From Escherichia phage RB32, in sequence record NC_008515.1: 64,000 nucleotides of DNA; one strand, written 5' to 3'. This document shows positions 47,797-56,447 of this stretch, piece by piece; position 1 is the stretch's first letter, and each line of letters opens with the position of its first letter. The position numbers and the translations under genes are program-made. A model generated the notes under the pieces. The model had not been told where the DNA came from. It worked only from the letters and a program-made list of their open reading frames with translations, and made no database searches.

Positions 47797-48708
47797 TTAA
47801 GATTTAAGTAAATCAACAATTTTAATTAACTTTTCACGCTCAGATTTAGCTTTACTACTCAGTCCAGATAGTCTGAAAATTTCATCATCATATTGTTGAA
47901 TAGAAATATTCAGCTCTTCAATTTGCTTATTAAAATAATCAATTTGCTCAGAATGTTTTTCGTTACTACGAACTGGTACAGGGTTTGTAGGCAATTTAGT
48001 TAAACTGGATTCATCCGGGCGATAAATTAAAATGCAATTTGAACCAATCGGGCATTTAGCACCAGATGAATATTCTAATGTTCCAGATTCTTTTAAAACT
48101 TCAAAAGCTAAACAGAGATGATGCCCCATATTGACATAATCTGTAGAGTGAGCTCTGATATAATAATCATCGCCGCGAATACTAAATTTAAAGCATTTAA
48201 GGTCTTCTGTATTATTGGTCTTAAAAATCATTTGTTTATCTAGACCTTTAGCTAATCGAGCGCCTAATGCTAATAATCGTCGTTGATTTTCCCACAAATC
48301 TGCGATCATTTGACCAAATGATAATTTCGGCATTAGTCGACCATAAAGGTCATATCCTTTATTATAATTGCGAAGGATTTCACTCGCATTAATACGAGAC
48401 AATGCTCCAATTTTATTAAGGGCTTTCATGATGCGATTAGATAAACTCATTCCAGACCCGTTTGTTCGCTGTAAATGTTTTTCTAATCCAAATCCAATAT
48501 CAACTTTAAATTTATCTAAAATTTCAGCATGAACATCTCTGTCAATAACATTCAAATCCAAAGTTGGGTTAAATCTATGAAAAAATTTATCTGGCTCTCC
48601 ACGACGAAATACAGTCCATTCATTCATCATTTTTTTATTAACTAAAGATTTAATTACTGCATTGACATTATTAATTACGACTGACATATTTTCCTCACTC
48701 AATTTCAA
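47797..48708 (-). CDS. uncharacterised protein with C-terminal coiled coil (tandem family member 4)
   Basis: 303-aa ORF ending ...QIEELNISIQQYDDEIFRLSGLSSKAKSEREKLIKIVDLLKS. Confidence 0.6.
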   Translation of the reverse strand: MKLSEENMSVVINNVNAVIKSLVNKKMMNEWTVFRRGEPDKFFHRFNPTLDLNVIDRDVHAEILDKFKVDIGFGLEKHLQRTNGSGMSLSNRIMKALNKIGALSRINASEILRNYNKGYDLYGRLMPKLSFGQMIADLWENQRRLLALGARLAKGLDKQMIFKTNNTEDLKCFKFSIRGDDYYIRAHSTDYVNMGHHLCLAFEVLKESGTLEYSSGAKCPIGSNCILIYRPDESSLTKLPTNPVPVRSNEKHSEQIDYFNKQIEELNISIQQYDDEIFRLSGLSSKAKSEREKLIKIVDLLKS

Positions 48709-49102
48709 TTTTACTAAATATACAGAATAAGATGGAACAGACTATATAAGCACCACACACAGATTGAACTAATACCATTCCAAAGAACCAAACAATATTA
48801 TCAAACAATGTCTGTTTTACGTCGAAAGGACGTAAACTTACAGTAATATTATCACCTTTTTCTATTGAAGAATACATCTCTGGGGAAATATATTCACTAA
48901 ATCTATAACCGTCTTTGAGTTCATATACAGCAATAAACGATAAACTAGACCCCTTTCCTTGAGTTCCTGTAAGGGTATTAACTACAGTAACATCATAATC
49001 TTTATAATGCATATAATCATTAATTGCGTAATAACCATATGCAATTACTATACATAAACAACATATCAATAAATTCAATCTTTTAATTATCAACTGTTTC
49101 AT
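48695..49102 (-). CDS. membrane protein (N- and C-terminal TM segments)
   Basis: 135-aa ORF, hydrophobic stretches LLICCLCIVIAYGYYAI and VWFFGMVLVQSVCGAYIVCSILFCIF. Confidence 0.55.
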   Translation of the reverse strand: MKQLIIKRLNLLICCLCIVIAYGYYAINDYMHYKDYDVTVVNTLTGTQGKGSSLSFIAVYELKDGYRFSEYISPEMYSSIEKGDNITVSLRPFDVKQTLFDNIVWFFGMVLVQSVCGAYIVCSILFCIFSKIEIE

Positions 49103-49157
49103 AATAATCTCAATTAAAAGGGCTTAGAACCATTATACCATCCTTGGTATAAAGCGG

Positions 49158-49685
49158 TTATGCGAGTACCGTCTTTAACCGTTCTTCAAACTTCCGAAGA
49201 GTATTCTGGCGTTCAGCTCTTTGCTTTTTGTAAGTTTCAATACGCTCTGAAATGAGAGTGTATCGTTCATTTACTGATTCTTTCATAAAATCAGGAATTT
49301 CACGAGAAGCTTTAATCTCATCAAATTTATCAATAACAACTTGCTCTTCAGCAATTAAGTTATCATACATTAAAATATCTTTCTTGATGAACTCAATATC
49401 TTCTTGAGTTACACGAGATAATTTAGATGCTTTATCCTTTTTGTACTGTTCATTAGTATCACGAGACCAGTGTAATGTACGATTTTTATTCGTATTCTTG
49501 TAAATTTCTACAATACCAATCTCATCGATAATAACGATCCAATTCCAACGGGATTTGTAAATTTGTCCTCCATCAACCGTGATTTCACCTCCAATTGAGA
49601 TGTCATTAAAGAACTTGCTTTGTGCTTCAGATTTAAATTTACCATCGTTGTAATTTACCAGGTTGAAAATATCTTTAGCGTTCAT
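49158..49685 (-). CDS. hypothetical protein
   Basis: 175-aa ORF, first gene after early promoter 49714..49743. Confidence 0.55.
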   Translation of the reverse strand: MNAKDIFNLVNYNDGKFKSEAQSKFFNDISIGGEITVDGGQIYKSRWNWIVIIDEIGIVEIYKNTNKNRTLHWSRDTNEQYKKDKASKLSRVTQEDIEFIKKDILMYDNLIAEEQVVIDKFDEIKASREIPDFMKESVNERYTLISERIETYKKQRAERQNTLRKFEERLKTVLA

Positions 49686-49713
49686 TTTGTGTTCCTCCGT
49701 AGTTGATAGTTGT

Positions 49714-49743
49714 ATAGTACCACAGAGGAACAGTCTTGTAAAC
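49714..49743 (-). promoter_or_regulatory. early promoter (-35 TTTACA, -10 TACTAT) with conserved leader
   Basis: minus strand GTTTACAagactgttcctctgtggTACTATacaactatcaact. Confidence 0.45.
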
Positions 49744-49745
49744 CA

Positions 49746-50048
49746 CTAAAAGAAACTTCTTTTACAATTTTTTCCACTGAACCATGCGCTCACTGCTTTC
49801 TTAGTCTCAGGAGCAGTGTTATCCATAAACCATTCAAAGGCAGCCTTTTTATGATTCTGGAGGGCTTCTCGGGCTTTAATCTGCTCACGGTCTATTAACA
49901 CTAACATATGAGCCTTTCTTGTCACCAAGGGCTTCTTATGATTTTTTGAATACTCCCAATCATTTGTCCATCGCATCGTTGTTGCGAATTGAAGTACAGC
50001 TTCTTTAATTTTAGTTTCGTAAATTTCACGAGCCTTTGAGTATAACAT
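49746..50048 (-). CDS. hypothetical protein
   Basis: ORF track 49746..50060; GGAGG 5 nt upstream favours the Met at 50048 (MLYSKAREIY...). Confidence 0.5.
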   Translation of the reverse strand: MLYSKAREIYETKIKEAVLQFATTMRWTNDWEYSKNHKKPLVTRKAHMLVLIDREQIKAREALQNHKKAAFEWFMDNTAPETKKAVSAWFSGKNCKRSFF

Positions 50049-50130
50049 CATTACCTCCATTTACCAGTTTAATTCTAGTCATCTTTTTGATGGCAGTCCA
50101 TATAATCTATTTCTGAACTGCCTTTTTGTC

Positions 50131-50850
50131 TTAGGATTCTTCTAAATGTCTTTTCTGAAAAGTTGATACCATACTACGATACGGTTCATTTGGATATCCG
50201 TGTTTTATAGCTTCCTTTGTAAATTTTCTCCATCCATATTTAGTTTCTTTCCAAAGCTCGAATAATTCATCTTCATACTGCCATATAGTTAAATGAGAAC
50301 GCTTTGCAGCTTTAATTCCATTAATATGCTTTTCTTTTACTGCAGGATTGTTTAGTTTCTTTTTAATAATATTACTAACTTTTCTAACAAAAACTGGGTC
50401 CTTATATCGTTGCGAAGTTTTTATTGAAGTGTTTAATTTAGCTTCCGGCGTGGATGTGACCTCTTTCATCTTTTTCTTCATATGCTGTATATGATTAGGA
50501 TTTTTCCATAAATTTATAGAATGCTTTTTGCATTTTATCCTAGTTTCATCTGCAACCTTTCCTCCTTCACCCCCGTATGACAGGTTAACACAGTTTTTTC
50601 CATATTTCAATTTACCTGCCATGATATATAATATTTCAGCTTGTACCATTTTATCATAATTATCAAAAACTTCTAAAACCGTTTTTGATAATATGTGGTC
50701 ATTTGACACTTTTACACGTTCTATATAATTTCCACTACCAACATACGAATCATTGATGTTATTAGTTATATGTCGACCATAATAGTATTTCTTAATACCT
50801 GTCTTTAAATTTAATATTTCAGTTTTATAGATAGTAAAATATTTTTTCAT
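50131..50850 (-). CDS. GIY-YIG family homing endonuclease (Seg-like)
   Basis: 239-aa ORF; N-terminal FTIYKTEILNLKTGIKKYYYGRH...YVGSG resembles the GIY-(x10-15)-YIG module; basic C-terminal half. Confidence 0.55.
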   Translation of the reverse strand: MKKYFTIYKTEILNLKTGIKKYYYGRHITNNINDSYVGSGNYIERVKVSNDHILSKTVLEVFDNYDKMVQAEILYIMAGKLKYGKNCVNLSYGGEGGKVADETRIKCKKHSINLWKNPNHIQHMKKKMKEVTSTPEAKLNTSIKTSQRYKDPVFVRKVSNIIKKKLNNPAVKEKHINGIKAAKRSHLTIWQYEDELFELWKETKYGWRKFTKEAIKHGYPNEPYRSMVSTFQKRHLEES

Positions 50851-51827
50851 TTTAATAATACCGTTTCAGCGATTTCTTCCCAACCGTTTTTGTCGGTCAT
50901 AATAAAGTCAGCAAGATAAAGAGCAGTACGCAGTGAAACATTGCGTAAACGATTAACATTGACTTTCATCCATGATAATGCTTTATAAGTTTCTTCATCA
51001 GAAAGACCGCGCTTTTGCATCATGTCGGTTGAAAGAATAACATCTTCAACCCTGACCATAATTTCTTCATTAGTGTGAACACCCAAATCCAAATAAACCG
51101 AGCGGGACACTAATGCTTGTAAATGTGGAGCAAGTTTAGTACCACGGTCTAATTCGCGGTCAATGTCAACGTTTGTGATAAAAACAATCGTTCCTTTAAA
51201 TTCAAACTCACGCTCAATGCCTTTTTCTTCTAAGTAAGAAGATGCAGTGCTCCAGCAGACTTTACGGGTCTCTCCAGTGTCCAGAGCAGCTTTCAGAAGA
51301 TTAAGAATGTCCATATCAGAGAAAACATCCACATCATCAATCAAAAGGACAGAATTCTCTTCACGATTATTCCAAAGCTGCTCATAAAGACCAATACCAG
51401 AGATTTTACCATTAATGCTTTTATATTCAATGTATCCAATATCATTTGCTTTATTTAAAGCTTTATCTAAAGAATATGTTTTACCTATACCTGCCGCACC
51501 AGAGATAATTAATGAACGAATGTTTCCGTTAATAATACCATTCGTCATCATTCCCATAACATTAAATCTTTTATTAATGCGGGTTTTCATATCTTCATAT
51601 GATTCTTTAACTTCTTCAACTTTTACACCATCATATGAAATGTCTGATTTGTAAACCCAAACACCGCGACGCTTACCGTCAATTTCAACAAAAACTTTAC
51701 CATCTCCTTGTGCATCTACCGGAGCATTATCTGGGAACCATTCACCTAAGAGCTCAAAAGTTCCAGAGATTTCTTTACCAAAGTAGATACCCTTATTGAT
51801 AGTTACAGTTTTCATTTTATTCTCCAA
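50847..51827 (-). CDS. P-loop ATPase (AAA-like)
   Basis: 326-aa ORF; Walker A GAAGIGKT, Walker B LLIDDVD; ATGA overlap with the GIY-YIG gene. Confidence 0.65.
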   Translation of the reverse strand: MENKMKTVTINKGIYFGKEISGTFELLGEWFPDNAPVDAQGDGKVFVEIDGKRRGVWVYKSDISYDGVKVEEVKESYEDMKTRINKRFNVMGMMTNGIINGNIRSLIISGAAGIGKTYSLDKALNKANDIGYIEYKSINGKISGIGLYEQLWNNREENSVLLIDDVDVFSDMDILNLLKAALDTGETRKVCWSTASSYLEEKGIEREFEFKGTIVFITNVDIDRELDRGTKLAPHLQALVSRSVYLDLGVHTNEEIMVRVEDVILSTDMMQKRGLSDEETYKALSWMKVNVNRLRNVSLRTALYLADFIMTDKNGWEEIAETVLLK

Positions 51828-51849
51828 ATCCGTATCAGTTGATAGTTGT

Positions 51850-51879
51850 ATAGTACCATAAAGCTTTATGCTTGTAAAC
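51850..51879 (-). promoter_or_regulatory. early promoter (-35 TTTACA, -10 TACTAT) with conserved leader
   Basis: minus strand GTTTACAagcataaagctttatggTACTATacaactatcaactgatacggatttggagaataaaATG. Confidence 0.45.
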
Positions 51880-51909
51880 CGTTTTGTGAAAAATTTTTGA
51901 AATAAAAAA

Positions 51910-51927
51910 GGGAGCCCGAAGGCTCCC
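51910..51927 (-). terminator. intrinsic terminator (GGGAGCC-UUCG-GGCUCCC followed by U-run)
   Basis: gggagcccgaaggctccc after the stop of the 337-aa gene; T-run follows on transcript. Confidence 0.5.
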
Positions 51928-51929
51928 TA

Positions 51930-52943
51930 TCATTTATAATAACTTCGGTGGTTTTCAAGATAGACCTTCTCAAGGAAGTCATCCCAGAAACCCATGTCTA
52001 CTTTTTGCTGCATACCGTTCTTAGAAGCTTCAGTAGATGCTGCTTCTACTTGATCGACCACATCTTCCAAAAACTCTTGAACTGTTTTAAATGGATGTTT
52101 ACCCAACTTCACGTCGAGAATAAATGGAGCATCTTGGAGTGGATAAACCAAGTCACCAGTTTTGTAAATTTCCAATAGTTGAAGTCCACCACGACAAGCA
52201 TGACTCAGAGCTTTCCAGTCAATGCCTTCATTGGCTTCGGCCTTACGAGCGCGTTCACCATATTCAGCATCTAATTTGTTCAGTGACTGCTTAAGCTCAA
52301 TAAGAGAAAGAGTTGTCTGATATTTACGACCCAACACAGTGTAGAACGTTTGTGGGCCTGTTTTCTCATGATTATGGAACACCCATTCACAGAATTCGTT
52401 TTCTGGAAGACGATGCTTAATATCTTCAACTTTAGTACGACGCTGCTTAATGGAACCGTCTTCTTGGTAATCAACCCATTGCTCAGGGATTTGATTAACT
52501 ACTTTCAATACATCGCGTAATGCAGCCAAACGAGAACCCTTGACGCCATATTTAGAAGCTTGCTTACGGACATATCCTAAATAGGATTTCATGTTAGTCG
52601 TATAAAAACGAGAACGGTTGTCTTGAATAAACTTCCACACATCAGGCAAATCAGATTTAACCACTAATTCAGGTGGAGTGTGAAGCATATCCAATGCTAC
52701 AGTTTCACCATCTGCTGCTAATTTAAAGAAATATTTAAGACTATATAGTTCATGGTCAATATCATCTTTAGTGTTTTTAGATGATGTGTTGTTGGTATTT
52801 TTACTCATATGCTCTTTAACATTTCCGATAAGAATATCGCGAGCAGGAGGAACAAAAATTTCTTTAAAATCTACATCAGATTCTGGGGTAGAAGTTCCAT
52901 AAAGATGACTACCAAAATAGCTTTTCATTACTGTTTTCATCAT
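51930..52943 (-). CDS. nucleotidyltransferase-fold protein (minimal NTase signature GS-x3-G-x5-SDVD)
   Basis: 337-aa ORF; N-terminus MMKTVMKSYFGSHLYGTSTPESDVDF fits the Pol-beta-superfamily NTase motif. Confidence 0.55.
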   Translation of the reverse strand: MMKTVMKSYFGSHLYGTSTPESDVDFKEIFVPPARDILIGNVKEHMSKNTNNTSSKNTKDDIDHELYSLKYFFKLAADGETVALDMLHTPPELVVKSDLPDVWKFIQDNRSRFYTTNMKSYLGYVRKQASKYGVKGSRLAALRDVLKVVNQIPEQWVDYQEDGSIKQRRTKVEDIKHRLPENEFCEWVFHNHEKTGPQTFYTVLGRKYQTTLSLIELKQSLNKLDAEYGERARKAEANEGIDWKALSHACRGGLQLLEIYKTGDLVYPLQDAPFILDVKLGKHPFKTVQEFLEDVVDQVEAASTEASKNGMQQKVDMGFWDDFLEKVYLENHRSYYK

Positions 52944-53401
52944 TCAGCCTTATATTCAATAACAGGACATACTTTAGCTTTACGAGCTTTTAAAAATTCA
53001 ACGATAATCGATTTCTTGGGTTGAATAGGAGGTAAACCTTTATACGCCCTATCAATATTTTCTACGTGTAAAGCATAATCCTTTTTCCATTTATAATCTT
53101 TATATTTTTCACGCAAATGTACAGGAATAACAAATGAACCAATAATAAGTAAAACAACCAAAAGCGCAAGTATAAATGCTGATGGAAGCAAAGTCCATAA
53201 ACTACCAAAAATAAGCCAACGCTGTAGGCTTTCTGCACAAATAATTGTTAGCCCTACGAGTATAGCACATCCAAAAATAGAAACGAAAAATGTAGGAATG
53301 GCAATAGACCAAAAATATGCGCATAGTGTCTTAGGTCGTTGCCATTCATCGTTAAACATTTTGAATAATTTATAGTGCCAAGAGTTTTCATTAATAATCA
53401 T
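52940..53401 (-). CDS. membrane protein (three predicted TM helices)
   Basis: 153-aa ORF; ATGA overlap with the NTase gene. Confidence 0.55.
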   Translation of the reverse strand: MIINENSWHYKLFKMFNDEWQRPKTLCAYFWSIAIPTFFVSIFGCAILVGLTIICAESLQRWLIFGSLWTLLPSAFILALLVVLLIIGSFVIPVHLREKYKDYKWKKDYALHVENIDRAYKGLPPIQPKKSIIVEFLKARKAKVCPVIEYKAE

Positions 53402-53403
53402 AA

Positions 53404-53925
53404 TTATCCTTTCATTGAAGGCGTAACGGTTGTTAAATACTTAATCATAGCTTCAGCTTCTGATTTTGATAATGAAATTTCTCCATTGTTTTGACGAATA
53501 GAAATAAAATCCGGATGACGGTCACCACCAGCTTTTAAAACACACATATAAGTATCAGTTTCATCTTCAATATTTGAAATGATTGAAGCAGTTCCACATG
53601 AATGCGGTTTTTGATAAATCAATACAGCTTTTCTTCCGCCATTTGACTGTTCATAGGCTTTTAATACATCAAACAAATCAGTTCTTTTATCAATAGCTAA
53701 AATGTTATTTTCATCTTCAATGTTAAATCCTTCGGATACTTCATAAAGCGTTACCCATAAATCACCGATGTCAATAACAGCATTTACTTTTCCACGGCTT
53801 TCAAGAATATGACAAATTTTCTTGATTTCGTCATAGCTCATTTTAATAATATCATCTCCTTGACTAAGAAAGATGTCATTTTTAAATTCAACGCGAATTA
53901 AACCGCTTCCACTTGAAATAAACAT
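53404..53925 (-). CDS. hypothetical protein, paralogue of the next ORF
   Basis: 173-aa ORF ending ...GEISLSKSEAEAMIKYLTTVTPSMKG. Confidence 0.55.
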   Translation of the reverse strand: MFISSGSGLIRVEFKNDIFLSQGDDIIKMSYDEIKKICHILESRGKVNAVIDIGDLWVTLYEVSEGFNIEDENNILAIDKRTDLFDVLKAYEQSNGGRKAVLIYQKPHSCGTASIISNIEDETDTYMCVLKAGGDRHPDFISIRQNNGEISLSKSEAEAMIKYLTTVTPSMKG

Positions 53926-53931
53926 ATTTCC

Positions 53932-54465
53932 TCACTTTGAAATCATAGTTGGAATGACAGAATCAAGATAAGTCTTTAGTGCAATAGCTTCGTCTTTGTT
54001 TAATGTAATGATATGTGATCGAAAATCGTCAATTTGACGAATAGATACTACATCTCCCTCTTCATAGCATTTTGAAACATTTAAAATAGTTTCATCATTC
54101 TGATTACAGGAGTTAGTAATAATAGCATTACAATTTTTGAGCCATTTTAAACTATGTTTTCTTTCATTAGAATAATAAAAATATTTAATCTTAGCTATAA
54201 AACTATCCCAATGGATAACTGATAAACACATTGACTCACTTTTAATATTAAATCCTGGGCATGAAGAATAAAAATGAATTTTGTGCTCATCATTGATGCT
54301 TACTATTTTATCAGTATAAGGATATTCAATTTGGGTTAAATGAATGATTTCACTAGGCGTAAAATATAGCATATCGTCTTCTTGCGTCAAACGATACATG
54401 TTATTTACTTTTTCTATAGCCAATTCACCAAAAAGCGGACTAACTTCTAATACTAATCGTTTCAT
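53932..54465 (-). CDS. hypothetical protein, paralogue of the previous ORF
   Basis: ORF track 53932..54489 (GTG); ATG start MKRLVLEV; ends ...IITLNKDEAIALKTYLDSVIPTMISK. Confidence 0.5.
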   Translation of the reverse strand: MKRLVLEVSPLFGELAIEKVNNMYRLTQEDDMLYFTPSEIIHLTQIEYPYTDKIVSINDEHKIHFYSSCPGFNIKSESMCLSVIHWDSFIAKIKYFYYSNERKHSLKWLKNCNAIITNSCNQNDETILNVSKCYEEGDVVSIRQIDDFRSHIITLNKDEAIALKTYLDSVIPTMISK

Positions 54466-54624
54466 ATTGATTCTCTTCGACTCACTCACAATTACATACT
54501 CCTTTGAATAATATCAATAATGTTGTTCACCAGATTATAAGTAAACATTGGGTAATTATATTGAATCATTACATACACAACAAACAAAACTTTCATTCTC
54601 TTCTCCTTGACAGTTGACAAGATT

Positions 54625-54654
54625 ACTATACCATAACCTTGCCAACTTGTAAAC
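54625..54654 (-). promoter_or_regulatory. early promoter (-35 GTTTACA, -10 TATAGT)
   Basis: minus strand GTTTACAagttggcaaggttatggTATAGT. Confidence 0.45.
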
Positions 54655-54656
54655 CG

Positions 54657-54830
54657 TTAAATGTTGTTTTCAATAAAATTTTGAAGCTTTGTGTGAGCAT
54701 CAACCATGATTTTCATTTCTTCTTTGGCGAAAGCTGTACCTCTTTCCCGAGCAGAATACTCATAGTCAGAAACTGCATTAGCATATTCTTCAATTAGCTT
54801 CATTAAAAACATCTGCTTTTCAGTTTTCAT
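54657..54830 (-). CDS. small hypothetical protein, below ORF-track cutoff
   Basis: 57-codon ORF read by hand (MKTEKQMFLMKLIEEYANAVSDYEYSAREGTAFAKEEMKIMVDAHTKLQNFIENNI). Confidence 0.3.
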   Translation of the reverse strand: MKTEKQMFLMKLIEEYANAVSDYEYSARERGTAFAKEEMKIMVDAHTKLQNFIENNI

Positions 54831-55014
54831 TATTCCACCTAATCATTTCAAGATATTGAACTAACTTAGCTTTAGATTTATCCAAATCCCTTTTAGCTGA
54901 TTCTATACCATCGTATGAATATCCTTCACAATGCTCAACTGCTAATTGGTATGAATCTATTTCAATATCATGCGCTAATTTAATGATTTTTTCAAACTGT
55001 TCGCGTGTTAGCAT
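54820..55014 (-). CDS. small helical protein
   Basis: 64-aa ORF MLTREQFEKIIKLAHDIEID... Confidence 0.5.
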   Translation of the reverse strand: MLTREQFEKIIKLAHDIEIDSYQLAVEHCEGYSYDGIESAKRDLDKSKAKLVQYLEMIRWNNEN

Positions 55015-55016
55015 AA

Positions 55017-55220
55017 TTAAACTCTCGTATTATGATCGATAATTTCATCAAGAAACATATCTAACGCTTCTAAAGCATTATCAACTTTAGCTTCAAGTTC
55101 ATCAATGCCTTTATTTGCAATGCCTGACGAAAACCAAGCAAAGTCACTAAGTTCCTCGTCTGCTTTACGAATTAAAGCTACCAATTCCTTAATTTTATCC
55201 GCTTGTTCGATACTAATCAT
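55017..55220 (-). CDS. small helical protein
   Basis: ORF track 55017..55256; internal Met [24 protein letters not shown]. Confidence 0.45.
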   Translation of the reverse strand: MISIEQADKIKELVALIRKADEELSDFAWFSSGIANKGIDELEAKVDNALEALDMFLDEIIDHNTRV

Positions 55221-55408
55221 TATTCCACCACATATGAAAGAGAGAATATTGCACACGCCATGTGAGTTGCAACTTCATCACACATATTATAACGTTTCTT
55301 AAGAAGTTCTACAAGTTCTTCACTAGTAACTTCATCCATGTCGACGAAAAAATCACCATTAATGATGACGTAGATATTTCCTTCTTGATTAAGTGCTTCA
55401 ATTTTCAT
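55220..55408 (-). CDS. small acidic protein
   Basis: ORF track 55220..55453 runs through the promoter; start at [10 protein letters not shown] with GAGGAG RBS. Confidence 0.5.
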
Positions 55409-55436
55409 GATGTTCTCCTCTTTATCCGATGGTTGT

Positions 55437-55466
55437 ATAGTATCACAGCTCAAATGGAAAGTAAAC
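55437..55466 (-). promoter_or_regulatory. early promoter (-35 GTTTAC, -10 TACTAT)
   Basis: minus strand GTTTACtttccatttgagctgtgaTACTAT. Confidence 0.45.
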
Positions 55467-55481
55467 CGTTTAAATGAAAAA

Positions 55482-55499
55482 AGTCTCCCGAAGGAGACT
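55482..55499 (-). terminator. intrinsic terminator hairpin after the rI.-1 stop
   Basis: agtctcccgaaggagact followed by T-run on transcript. Confidence 0.45.
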
Positions 55500-55503
55500 A
55501 ACG

Positions 55504-55890
55504 TTATTCGAGGGAAAGAAGATATTTACTCTGGTAAAACATTCCAGTAATATCATCTATCGTGCTTTGAATGGCTGGAGGCATTTCTTTGTAAATGCTG
55601 TTAGATTGGTCTAGTATGCGATCAATCATTTTAATTGTGTCGGTAGGAAGTTTACTGGCATCTGGAATTGAAGGTGTGTATTTTCTACCAGAATACCCCA
55701 AATATTGCTCACCAAATTTATCAATCAAATCTGGCAACTCGGAGAAAATAAAATCGTATGCTTTGTGTCTAGCATAATTTTTAGTTTCAAAATGTGCAGA
55801 ATGAAAATAAGCTTGTGCAGCCATTAATAAACCTAAGTATTCATCTGCCTTTGAAGGTTTTCCACTTTGTGAAAAGTCGCTGAATTTCAT
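55504..55890 (-). CDS. hypothetical protein (rI.-1 position)
   Basis: 128-aa ORF immediately downstream of rI with ATGA overlap. Confidence 0.55.
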
Positions 55891-56180
55891 TCAGTCTCCA
55901 ATTTAATGTTCATAATTCTAGCGTATGATTGTGCCATCTCCGCGCCTCGCTCTATACATTCAAAATCAGAAGAGCACGGGTCATTTTTATAGGTCGTTCT
56001 CATAAAACTATAGAATTGTTCAGACGATTCTACGCTTTTATTTTCAAAAAGTGTATAAACGTGCCTAATACCAGATTCCATAAATTTATCAAAATGAGGA
56101 TCGACATTCGCTTCAATCGATGGAGATAAAACAAATGACAATCCTAGCATGGCAAAAAGTGCCGTTGCTTTTAAGGCCAT
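55887..56180 (-). CDS. rI: lysis-inhibition regulator RI (signal-anchor periplasmic protein)
   Basis: 97-aa ORF MALKATALFAMLGLSFVLSPSIEANVDPHFDKF... matches T4 RI as recalled. Confidence 0.85.
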   Translation of the reverse strand: MALKATALFAMLGLSFVLSPSIEANVDPHFDKFMESGIRHVYTLFENKSVESSEQFYSFMRTTYKNDPCSSDFECIERGAEMAQSYARIMNIKLETE

Positions 56181-56192
56181 AAAGGCCTCCTA

Positions 56193-56405
56193 TCATTTTT
56201 GTCCTGTATTTACTTTATGCCGGTGCACGGCCTTAACTTTATCAAGGTATTTTTCAAAATTTCGCAATCTAGTATAGTCTGCCGGAGATTGGTTGAGCGA
56301 TACTTCTCGACGCAAAGCTGAAATGATATTTCCAACTTCCCTACGAATTTCATCTAATTGAAGCACAGTAAGATTGCGAAGTTGCTTTTCAGTTAATTGT
56401 AGCAT
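56193..56405 (-). CDS. hypothetical protein (rI.1 position)
   Basis: 70-aa ORF. Confidence 0.5.
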
Positions 56406-56447
56406 ATATACCCCTTTAGTTAGATAAACCTATTTATAACTTTTGCA

